From Octopus sinensis (taxonomy: Eukaryota), in the NCBI RefSeq assembly GCF_006345805.1, contig NC_043024.1, forward strand, positions 8,308,001 through 8,372,000: DNA of 64,000 bases, given 5' to 3'. The position numbers and the translations under genes are program-made. The notes beneath the pieces were generated by a model, which saw only the letters and a program-made list of their open reading frames with translations, was not told where the DNA came from and did not search any database. Below, piece by piece: positions 24,280 to 35,033 of this stretch (its first letter is position 1; each line of letters begins with the position of its first letter).

Positions 24280-24540
24280 TCTCTTATTATAAAAGGCAGA
24301 TTTTATCTGCCTCCCTTTGGGAGTTATAGAAATCTACAATATAGGATTTCTTCAATTACAATTTACCTAGCATTTTTAAGAGTACAATGCATCGCGTCAT
24401 GCCAGGTCCAGTTTTTAAAATTTAAACTCCAATTAAGCAAAATTTACAGAAAACTCACATTCTGGTGTGTGTGTCAAATGCTTTTCTTAGTCTGGTTTAC
24501 ACCACACGCAAACGCACACACACAGTGGGCAACGAATAAA
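24280..24540 (+). mobile_element. Helitron-like 5' fragment
   Basis: A|TCTCTTATTATAAAAGG start; no CTAG end found. Confidence 0.45.
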
Positions 24541-24769
24541 ATGAAAGTAATTCACTTACTGTAGTGAGTGATTCTTTCACTCTGCCTCCCACTTCCTCTT
24601 TCCACACATAGACACGCAAATATATAAATAAAATTGTAAGCTAACGTGCGTGTGTGTGAGTGTGTGTGCGCGTGTGTGTGTGTGTGTGTGAGGGTGCGTG
24701 TGCGTGTGCGTGAGTGTGTGACAGGAAAGTTTTTTACGACGAATATAAAACCTATATCCAAGTAGCAGA

Positions 24770-25040
24770 AAGATAAGACAGTAAGGTGTGATTTGAGGGA
24801 GATTTGGCTGCTATTTCTACCATGTCTAGCTGCCATGTAGGGGTCTCCCTCATAGGCTCATACATACATATATACATAGATAAGACAGTAAGGTGTGATT
24901 TGGGGGAAATTTGGCTGCTATTTCTACCAGGTCTAGCTACCATGTAGAGGTCCCCTCATCGGCTCATATATATATACATACATAAGACAGTAAGGTGTGA
25001 TTTGAGGGAGATTTGGCTGCTGTTTCTACCAGGTCTGTTA
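24770..25040 (+). repeat. Three tandem copies of a short dispersed repeat
   Basis: GATAAGACAGTAAGGTGTGATTTGAGGGAGATTTGGCTGCTATTTCTA x3; single copies near 45915 (rc), 59735, 62185, 62765. Confidence 0.75.
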
Positions 25041-25455
25041 GGCCTTCTCATGTAAACTCAAGCTTTCTCATGCCTTGAACATAAGACCAAAGCAGAGAAT
25101 GTATTCTTTTATTCTTCTGCTTTTTCCAGCCATTGGTCTGTGGCTATGCTGGGGCAATGCCTTGAAGAATTGTAGTTTAATGAATCAACTCCAGTTTTAT
25201 TTTTGTAAGCATTGTACTTATTCTATCTGTTTCCTTTGTCAAACCACTAGGTGACAGGGATGTAAACAAACCAACATTCGTTGTCAAGCAGTGGTGGAGG
25301 ACAATCACAAGCACAGACACGCACACACACACACATACATGCATACACATATACACACATACATACATACATACATATATATATATGTGTGTATATATAT
25401 ATTGCAGCGTGGAAGGTGTTTGTAAGCCATTTAAGAAACACACAAAAACCGTTAC

Positions 25456-25606
25456 ATTCACTTCAACATTTAAATTTAATTTGCCAAAATATTTTCGTCG
25501 CTTTGAGACTGCGACCTGTTCACTGACAAAAATATCGTGCTAACAGGTCGCGGTCTCAAAGCGACGAAAATATTTTGACAAATTAAATTTAAATGTTGAA
25601 GTGAAT
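25456..25606. repeat. 65-bp-arm fold-back centred on a hammerhead motif
   Basis: Arms 25456-25520 and 25542-25606, 2 mismatches, 21-nt loop. Confidence 0.9.
25480..25530 (-). ncRNA. Minimal type I hammerhead motif with G3-C8 core (family G)
   Basis: TTTGTCA-GTGAACA-G-GTCGC-AGTCTCAAA-GCGAC-GAA-AATATT-T-TGGCAAA: 7-bp stem I, 5-bp stem II, palindromic stem III. Confidence 0.72.
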
Positions 25607-25792
25607 CTAAACACCTTCAACGCTGCAACTGTTTTCGTTCCAGCACACGATCTCAGATCAAGTCACTTGCTATGCAAGTACATCTCTGTAACTATATATA
25701 TATTTATATATATATATATATATGTATATTGGTAAAAACAGTAAGATAACAAAAGAAAGAAAGAGACCTCAATATTATGTAAATAGAGGAAA

Positions 25793-26187
25793 TCTTTATA
25801 TATAAAAGTGAGGTTGTGTGTCTGTCTCCTACGATTTAGATTCCTAACTACTCCCACATTTTGCGGTGCAGTTTAACCAAAACCGGGTATCTTATAGTCG
25901 TGATTCATATTGAGACCGTCTGGGTATTAGCGCGCGTCTACGATGAGTCTACGATTTAAAAAAAAATTTACCATCAATTTTTCATATTTTTAATCCATTT
26001 TTGACATATATAAGGGAAGTAACTCTCTAAAATTTATTATTAAATCTCAGAACGTAAAAAGCTACAGTAACACCCCTCCCCCTTTGTGGTTAGCCATATT
26101 GAGATGGCTATTATACTTTACATCTCTAAAAATGCTTATATAATTATTTCCCTTACAAACCCGAGCAACGCCGGGCAATACTGCTAG
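25793..26187 (+). mobile_element. Non-autonomous Helitron-like element
   Basis: A|TCTTTATATATAAAA ... CCCGAGCAACGCCGGG hairpin ... CTAG|T. Confidence 0.8.
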
Positions 26188-26192
26188 TATTT

Positions 26193-26551
26193 ACTAAGAC
26201 CCGGCAACACCGGGTCATAGTGCTAGTGCATGCATATACAGCTGCATGCATGTACACATGCATGCAAGTACTGTCCAAATCTCCGACCAATCACATACAG
26301 CTAGCTGACATTCAATTGGCGTATCAAGTTTCAGGCATTTTGATTGGGTTTTGGATAGAAAATTTACAAAAAAGTCACTTCTATTGATTTTTTAATGGCT
26401 TTGTGGGGTGACTGGGGAAATGTAAAGATGTGCACGACCACTCTTGGACGGTTTTGAATGACCATAGAAAGTGTGATCCCTCTAACTGAAAAATTGTGGA
26501 TTTGTATAAAGGACACGCACTCAGACATTTTGCCGTTTATATATAGAGAGA
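26193..26551 (-). mobile_element. Helitron-like element, same family as 386-1202
   Basis: Reverse complement of 386-430 plus 875-1200, without the nested SINE. Confidence 0.8.
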
Positions 26552-27221
26552 TTGTATTAAAGTAACAGCACAGCAAACTTAGCGGACAGACACTAGTCAC
26601 CATTTGCAACAGCTGATGAACACAAAATGTAAACAATCAGCCCGTTCAGCGGGTCCCAGGGTCCATGCTGTTTACACTGCCTCATTTGAGCTCTCTCTTA
26701 CACAGCACTCACCCAGCCAAGGGCTTTGAGGATAAGTGTAGTTTTAGTTTACAGTAACTAACCTACCTATTACGGCAGATTAGCATCATGTGCCGGTACA
26801 TTCTGTGACTGACCAGTTTGTGTCAGGCAGACCAATCACAATAAACTTTATAGTTACCGGTTACTTTTTTTAACATTTACAGACTATGATTCTTGGAAAG
26901 GCTCAAGTTGTCACTCTTTTATAAGCAGTAGTTTATAAACAGGTGCAGGAGTGGCTGTGTGGTAAGTAGCTTGCTAACCAACCACATGGTTCCGGGTTTA
27001 CAAAGAATAAACCCCGGGGTCGAGTTGCTCGACTAAAGGTGGTGCTCCAGCATGGCCGCAGTCAAATAACTGAAACAAGTAAAAGAGTAAAAGAGTAGTA
27101 CTCTCTCGCTGGGTGAAGATTAATTTCCAGCAACTGTAAAAAACCCCTCAAGTGATAACAGAAGGAAATATGAAGTGGTCTTAAGCTGAAAGTGGTTGCA
27201 AGTCCTACAACAACTGTTGTT

Positions 27222-27515
27222 CCTTCTCAAGTCATGCCTGGCTCATTAGGGCCGGTTTCCCGGTTTCTTGGCGTATAGGTTCCCCACCTTAACGGGATGC
27301 TGGTACGTCGCAGTTGAGCTGCAAGATGCAGGAAGAAAGAGTGAGAGAAAGTTGTGGCGAAAGAGTCAGCAGAAGTTTCGCCGTTACCTTCTGCCGGAGC
27401 CGCGTGGAGCTTAGGTGTTTTGCTCGTAAACACACACATTGTCCGGTCTGAGATTCGAACCCGCGACCCCTCGACTGCGAGTCCGCTGCTCTAACCACTA
27501 GGCTATGTGCCTCCA
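27222..27515 (-). mobile_element. tRNA-derived SINE family 3
   Basis: GGAGGCACATAGCCTAGTGGTTAGAGCAGCGGACTCGCAGTCGAGGGGTCGCGGGTTCGAATC head; also 28190-28495 (-) and 55397-55990 (+). Confidence 0.8.
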
Positions 27516-27989
27516 CCTACAACAAATAACTGTGCTGCTGAGAAAGGATATGTGTAATCAAGAAGAGTTTGATGTGTATCACAGGAGGTAATTTACAATA
27601 TTTGGACACTTTTTGAAAAGAACTGGATAAATTTTAAACAACCAAACTGCAAAATTGTTGTGTACAACATTTACTGACTGAAACAGTTCAAATGCTATTG
27701 AAACACAAGAAAAGCAGAACCTTCAGGGGTCGCTGGGGAAGCTGCAGTTCACCCAACTCCTTTAGCTATGAACCTCGTGCCATCGGCGCTGAAGCTATTT
27801 TTCCACAATAGTTCTGGGTAGTCTTATATAGCAAATATAACTCAAGAGCCACTTTTTATGTGGAAATCCTGGGTGTCGTCTTGTACACCCAATCGTATTA
27901 TATGCTGGCATATACAGTATGTGTATATATGTATATGTGTGAGCCACTAAAGCTTTTTTTATTCTCTCTCTGTTCATTTTCTCATGTTC

Positions 27990-28025
27990 CTTTCAGCTGA
28001 AGAGCATAGGCTCGAAATATAAAAG
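27990..28025 (+). ncRNA. Putative degenerate minimal hammerhead motif (family C)
   Basis: CTTT-CAGCTGAA-GAGC-ATAG-GCTC-GAA-ATAT-A-AAAG: stems I and II and palindromic stem III present, core non-canonical. Confidence 0.45.
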
Positions 28026-28189
28026 ACTTTCTTACCTTCCTGAGCATTAAACTAATACACCTGTTTGTTGTTTATACACCTGTCTTCATCTTTTTTTTAA
28101 AATTCCATATATATGTACATCTATATATATATATATGTCTGTATATATGTATACATGTTTATATATATGTGTGTGTAGGTGTAATATCT

Positions 28190-28745
28190 TGTTGTTTGTT
28201 CCTTCTCGAGCCATGCCTGGCTCATAAGGCCCGTTTCCTGGTTTCTTGGCATATAGGTTCCCCACCTGGACGGGATGCTGGTCTGTCGCAGGTGAGCTGC
28301 AAGATGCAGGAGGAAAAAGTGAGAGAAAGTTGTGGTGAAAGAGTCAGCAGAAGTTCGCCATTACCTTCTGCTGGAGCCATGTGGAGATTAGGTGTTTTTG
28401 GTCATAAACACACACATCAGTTGGTCTGAGATTCGAACCCGCGATCCCTCGACCTCGAGTCTGCTGCTCTAACCACTAGGCCATGTGCCTCCACAAATAA
28501 ATGCACCCTTTTAAAGCCTAGCCAGGCTCATGGGCCCGGTTTCCCAGTTTCCTTGGTGTATGTGTTCCCAGCTGGACGGGACGCCAGTCCATCGCAGCGT
28601 TACTCATTTTTGCCAGCTGAGTGGACTGGAGCAACGTGAAATGAAGTGTTTTGCTCAAGAACACAACGCATCGTCCGATCCAGGAATCGAAACCACAATC
28701 TTACGATCATGATGCTGACACCCTAACCACTAAGCCACGTGCCTC
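28190..28745 (-). mobile_element. Two adjacent tRNA-derived SINEs (family 3 copy and a related V/CORE-like copy)
   Basis: Heads at about 28495 and 28745 with A/B boxes; shared GGACTGGCGTCCCGTCCAG-type 3' part. Confidence 0.72.
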
Positions 28746-28821
28746 CACATTGTAATATCTTGGCTTGTATGCAGCTTAATGTCTGAGACAAATAGAAATA
28801 TAATATATATGGGAGGGGGTG

Positions 28822-28862
<41 letters not shown>

Positions 28863-29374
28863 ACGTGTGCATCTGTCCGTTCATGTGTGTGTGAATTTTC
28901 TCCGACATGCAGCTGGTTCCTCCGACTGAAATGAATAGTGGACTGACCACTCACCGTGACGGTAGCTGGAAGAACAACATGATTGACTACACGGCTGGAC
29001 GATCAGATGATAAAGGCTTACAATTAATTGCAGATCTACCCTCCAGAGATTGCACAAACACACACACAGACACACACACACGCGCACACATGTACAGGCG
29101 TTTGGCCCTGTGTCAGCAGAAAACACGAGAAGCTGAAAGGAGCTGTAAACGAGTACTTAAATTATTTTTCTAAGACACAGAAATTTCTGCTACCTGGTGA
29201 AGGTGACGTGGAGAAGTGGACTGTTGTCCACAGCATCAGATTAGCTCAAACCGGCTTTGAGTACGGATAGTTCTTTCCTGAGGTCAAGGTCATTGCCACA
29301 GACAGAACCGCACTTAAAAAGTGTCACCCAGTAATTCAGCATAGCACATCCTCCTCCTCCTTCTCCTCCTCCTT

Positions 29375-29450
29375 CTCATCATCATTGTAATCATCGTCAT
29401 CATCATCATCATCATCATCACATCATCATCATCATCATCATCATCATTGT

Positions 29451-29509
<59 letters not shown>

Positions 29510-29513
29510 TGTC

Positions 29514-29559
<46 letters not shown>

Positions 29560-29679
29560 CCATGATCATCATTATCATCATCATCATCATCATCATCATC
29601 GTCATCATCATCATCGTCATTGCCATCATCATCATTGCCATCATCATTGTCATCATTATCATCATCATCATCATCATCG

Positions 29680-29711
<32 letters not shown>

Positions 29712-29918
29712 GTCTTCATCATTTTCATCTTCATCATCATCATCATCTTCATCATCATCATCATCATCATCATCGTCATCATCATTATCATCATTAATCA
29801 TCATCAACGTCATCATCATCAACATCATCACATCATCATCATCATCATCTCATCATCATCATTGTCATCATCGCATCATCATCATCATCACATCATCATC
29901 ATCATCATCACCATGATC

Positions 29919-29950
<32 letters not shown>

Positions 29951-30007
29951 GTCATCATCATCATCGTCATTGTCATCATCATCATTGCCATCATCATTGT
30001 CATCATT

Positions 30008-30064
<57 letters not shown>

Positions 30065-30081
30065 GTCTTCATCATTTCATC

Positions 30082-30120
<39 letters not shown>

Positions 30121-30165
30121 GTCATCATCATTATCATCATTATCATCATCAACATCATCATCATC

Positions 30166-30207
<42 letters not shown>

Positions 30208-30425
30208 TGTCATCATCGCCATCATCATCATATCAATCATCATCATCATCTCATCATCACCATGATCATCATTATCATCATCATCATCATCATCATCATC
30301 GTCATCATCATCATCGTCATTGCCATCATCATCATGCCATCATCATTGTCATCATCATTGTCATCATCATTTTTGGTCATCATTATCATCATCGTCAGCA
30401 TCATCATCTCATCATCGCATCATCA

Positions 30426-30456
<31 letters not shown>

Positions 30457-30500
30457 GGTCATCATTGTCATCATCATTGTCATCATCATTGTCATCATCG

Positions 30501-30539
<39 letters not shown>

Positions 30540-30595
30540 GTCATCGGCGGTTCATCCATCATCATCATCATCATCACATCATCATCCATGTCATC

Positions 30596-30683
<88 letters not shown>

Positions 30684-30687
30684 CCAC

Positions 30688-30722
<35 letters not shown>

Positions 30723-30779
30723 CATCATCGTCATCATCATCATCGTCATCATCATCGTCGTCGTCGTCGTCTTCATCGT
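29375..30779. repeat. ~1.4-kb imperfect (CAT)n microsatellite
   Basis: Direct inspection; explains the poly-H/S/I/D/M ORFs. Confidence 0.97.
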
Positions 30780-31039
30780 TTAACATTTACTGTTTCCACT
30801 TTGCCCGAATCAGACAGAATTTGTTGATGCAGATCTTTTCTTCTTCCACGGTTGGATACCCTTTTCCTGTTGCTAAACCTCATCTGTTTCCGAGCAAGGT
30901 AAAGTTAATATTTCACTAGTGGAAAACAGGAAACGAACAACATCGCTTGTATGACAGGGATGCTCGTTTACAATCTCCACACGATGTCAGCACAAGGATA
31001 CACATAAACACGCACACATATATATATATCATCATCATC

Positions 31040-31538
31040 ATCATCATCGTTTAACGTCCGTTCTCCATGCTAGCATGGGTTGGACGGTTCGACCGGGGTC
31101 TGGGAAGCCAGAAGGCTGCACCAGGCTCCAGTCTTATTTGGCAATGTTTCTACAGCTGGATGCCCTTCCTAACGCCAACCACTCCGTGAGTGTAGTGGGT
31201 GCTTTTTACGTGCCACCTGCACAGGTGCCAGGCGAGGCTGGCAACGGCCACGGTCGGATTGGTGTATTTTATGTGCCACCGGCATGGAAACCAGTCGAGG
31301 CGGTGCTGGCATCGGCCACGAGTCGGATAGTGCTTTTTACGTACCACCAGACCAGGGATCCTGGCTGGTTCAATTCGATTTCGATTTCGCTTGCCCCAAC
31401 ATGTCTTCGCAAGCAAAGGGGGTTGGCATGGGTGCCTGTCATACGGTCGGATTGGTGTATTTTACGTGCCACTGGCACGGAAGCCACTGGAGGCGGCACT
31501 GGCATTGGCCACGAGTCGGATGTCGGCCACGAGTCGGA

Positions 31539-31540
<2 letters not shown>
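31040..31540 (-). mobile_element. SINE family 4 copy
   Basis: Reverse complement of the 3' tail and ~60-bp units. Confidence 0.72.
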
Positions 31541-31603
<63 letters not shown>

Positions 31604-32137
31604 ACACTATGGGTTTCTTTCAATTTCTGTCTATTAAATCTGCTCACAAGGCTTTGGTTGACCCAGGGCTATTGTAGATGACGTCCAGGGTGCTACGCAG
31701 TGGGACTGAACCCGCATGGAAAGCAAGCAAGCCTCTGAACCTCACAATCGTGCATGCGCTTTATAATTACAAAATAATGGCTCAAGATTTAGGTACAAGG
31801 CCAGCCCAGTACGTTGCTGTTACTTTATTTTTATCGACTCCGAAAGTATTAACATCATAACTGACCGACCTCGACCGGATTTGAATATAAAGAACTGGAA
31901 GAGGAAACATCACATGGCATTTTACTATACCTATGGATAATTGACATCTTTTTACCAAGAAAAGCAATGCTGTCTTTTCTGGGATACAAGTCGACATAGC
32001 ATATAGGGTAAACATGTGTTGTAAATAGTCAAACATGGTCATTATCTCTCCAAATCCTACTGATTCCAAGAGGAATTTTTGGTTCTCCAAAGTCGTTCTG
32101 GTGTGGCAAGAGGAAGAAAAAAAAATGGAAGGTGGTG

Positions 32138-32548
32138 AGCTGGCAGAGCCGTTAGCACGTTGGGCGAAACGCTTAGCGGTATTTCGTCTGCTGTTATGTT
32201 CTGAGTTCAAATTCTGCCGAGGTTGACTTTGCCTTTCATCCTTTCGGGGTCAATAAATTAAGTACCAGTCACACACTGGGGTCGATGTAATCGACTTAAT
32301 CTGTTTGTCTGTCCTTGTTTGTCCCCTCTGTGTTTAGCCCCTTGTGGGTAGTAAAGAAATAGGTATTTCGTCTGCCATTACGTTCTGAGTTCAAATTCCG
32401 CCAAGGTCGACTTTGCCTTTCATCCTTTCGGAGGTCGATAAATTAAGTACCAGTTACGCACTGGGGTCGATGTAATCGACTTAATCATTTTGTATGTCCT
32501 TGTTTGTCCCCTCTATGTTTAGCCCCTTGTGGGCAATAAAGAAATAAG
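32138..32548 (+). mobile_element. Dimeric Meta-domain-like SINE
   Basis: As 19582-19996. Confidence 0.8.
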
Positions 32549-32761
32549 AAGTTTGCTTTCCACCCACATGGTTCCGGGTTCAGTCCCATTACGTGGCACC
32601 TTGGTTAAGTGTCTTCTACAATAGTCCCGGGCCGACCAAAACTGAAAGTAGTTTAGTGCCTACATGCATGTATGTATGTATGTATGTATGTATGTATGTA
32701 TGTTTTTTTACTTTTTTTCTTCTTGAGAGAGTTCCTGCCGGTTGCTAACAAATCAAGAAGA

Positions 32762-32927
32762 CATAATTTACATTATTTACATTATTTACATTTGACGGAT
32801 ATTTGTCCTTATCTTGTTTGTTGTTAACACAACGTTTCAGCTGATATACCCTCCAGCCTTCATCAGGTGTCTTGGGGAAATTTCAAACCTGGGTTCTCTT
32901 TCCTAAGGTATTTTTCGATGTTGTTGG

Positions 32928-32977
<50 letters not shown>

Positions 32978-33134
32978 ATTATTATTATTATTATTATTAT
33001 TATTCAAGTCACTGCCCAGAATCAAACTCGGAATCTTGGGGTTAATAACCACGCTCTTAATCACTACACCATATGTAAATGTAAATAATGTAAATAATGT
33101 ACATAATTCCTCATCTCTTAAATATAGAACTGTA
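32762..33134 (-). mobile_element. tRNA-headed SINE-like element carrying a hammerhead, with an inverted copy of its tail
   Basis: Minus strand: A box TGGTGTAGTGATTAAG, B box GAGTTTGATTC (33029-33019), (AAT)n linker, hammerhead, (ATGTAAATA)n tail. The tail motif recurs on the plus strand at 33073-33101. Confidence 0.7.
32826..32871 (-). ncRNA. Minimal type I hammerhead ribozyme motif (family B)
   Basis: GACAC-CTGATGA-A-GGCTG-GAGGGTATAT-CAGCT-GAA-ACGT-T-GTGTT: canonical core, 5-bp stems I and II, ACGT palindromic stem III, GUU cleavage triplet. Confidence 0.85.
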
Positions 33135-33759
33135 TAAACCAAAAAGACTTTTTGAGTAAGAGAGTTCCCGGTGTTTGTAAATATGTGGTTGAGAGTTGGT
33201 ATGTTGGTTGAGATGTCGATGGAATCATCGAAGAGTGTGCATTAATTCACATAAGAATCTCAGATGGGAATTTTTGGAATGTCTATGACTGACATAACAT
33301 ATACCGTGTGGTACTTTAGGCGAGTGCCTTTCGCTATAGCCCTGGGACAACCAATACCTTGTGAGTCAATTTATGAGAGAAAAACTGTAGCTTAGTGGGA
33401 TAGGGTGTTGCACTTGTGATCGCAAGATCATGGTTCTGATTCACTGACAGGCGGTGCATTGTGCCATTGTGCTCTTGAACAAAACACTTTAGTTCACTCA
33501 GCTGTAAATGGTTAACGCTGTGACTGATTGCAATTCCGTTTAGGAAGAATGTTGGTCTGTCCGTATAGCCAGTGGAATGGCATCATCCGAAAGCTGAAAC
33601 AATACTAGGAAGTCTGATCATTACAGTGGTACAGCGATGTGTGAGTGTGTGTGTGTGTGTGTGTGTGGTGTGTGTGTGTGGTAAATAGCTTGCTTACCAA
33701 CCACAATAGTTCTGGATTCAGTCCCACTGTGTGGAACCTTGGGCAAACTTCAAACTTCC

Positions 33760-34860
33760 CAAAGAAAATACTGTCCTTTGCATGTGTAACGTTCGCATTC
33801 TATATACCTGTAGAAGGATGAAGAAACTTGCACACGAACTTGACAGGTACACCCGGGATATGCTCGGGCTGGATGAAGTCAGGTGGATTGGATTTGGTGA
33901 AATAACAACAGATGAAAGCCTCGAGCTGAGGTACAGCTGAGATGTTACCAATCATGAACATGGAGTAGGCTTCGTTGTTAACAAAGCCAAAGTAAGTTCA
34001 GCCATCAGCTGTTCACCAGTGCCTCCCACAGGCTCATCACCATACTTGTGACTGCAAGACCACAGAATAATCTGGCCTCCATGCTGGTGGCACGTAAAAG
34101 ACACCATTCGAGCAGGATCGTTACCAGCATCACCTTACTGGCACCTGTGCCGGTGGCATGTGTAAAAGATTCGAGTCGTTGCCAGTACCGCCTGACTGGC
34201 ACTTGTGCCCCATGCTCGTAGGGTGCTAAGAGCACCATCCGAGTGTGATCGTTGCCAGAGCAGCCAACTGGCTTCCGTGCCGGTGGCATGTAGGAGGCAC
34301 CATTCGAGCAGGATCATTACCACCATTGCCTTACTGGCACCTGTGCCGGTGGCATGTGTAAGAAGATTCGAGCGAGGTCGTTGCCAGTACCGCCTGACTG
34401 GCCCTGTGCCGGTGGCATGTAAAAGCATCCCCTACACTCTCGGAGTGGTTGGCGTTAGGAAGGGCATCCAGCTGTAGAAACTCTGTCAAATCAAGATTGG
34501 AGCCTGGTGCAGCCATCTGGTACACCAGCCCTCAGTCATTCATCCAACCCATGCCAGCATGGAAAGCGGACATTTAACGATGATGATGATGATGATGAAG
34601 TCTATGCACTAGGGTTTGATATAATGATGATGTCATGGAAGAATTCTATGGGGACCTGGAGAAAATAACAAAGACAGCTCCTAAAAATGTTCTCATCATT
34701 CTAGGAAACTGGAATGCCAAAATAGGCCTGGGTGCATTTGACCAATGGGCTGGGACAGTGGGATGATTTTTGGTCGGAGAAATCAGTTATCGTAGAATGT
34801 GATTTCTAGCCAAAATACTGTTCCCACACAAGACCTCGTGCAGAACACCTTATTGCAGTA
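33760..34860 (+). pseudogene. Degraded RTE LINE apurinic-endonuclease region interrupted by a family 4 SINE (34080-34598)
   Basis: CNVRILY...LAHELDRY...LGLDEVRWIGFGE...HEHGVGFVV, and after the SINE remnants of GNWNAKIG. Confidence 0.72.
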
Positions 34861-35033
34861 AATTTGGCTAACAGTTGTTTCCTGTATTCATTATAGGTTC
34901 GTTATTGATAGGTTTATTCAATCTGTCTATTGATCGGTTGGGAAAAATAGAACGACCTAAAAAATTAATGCTACTTTTGTGTGTCAGGATTGATAATCCT
35001 ACACAAATAACTCTTTATATATGTGTATATATA

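Noticed and set aside
27440-27515. Functional tRNA genes at SINE heads (also 33010-33072, 44395-44455, 55397-55470)
   Set aside because: A/B boxes are present, but they run into SINE bodies and lack a proper acceptor stem.
28730-28954. ORF starting 'MSGQS' as a second PICALM-like start
   Set aside because: Starts at GTG, and similarity ends after five residues.
29418-30919. Long ORFs (up to 421 aa) of poly-I/S/H/D/M
   Set aside because: Translation of the (CAT)n microsatellite; no complexity or splice context.
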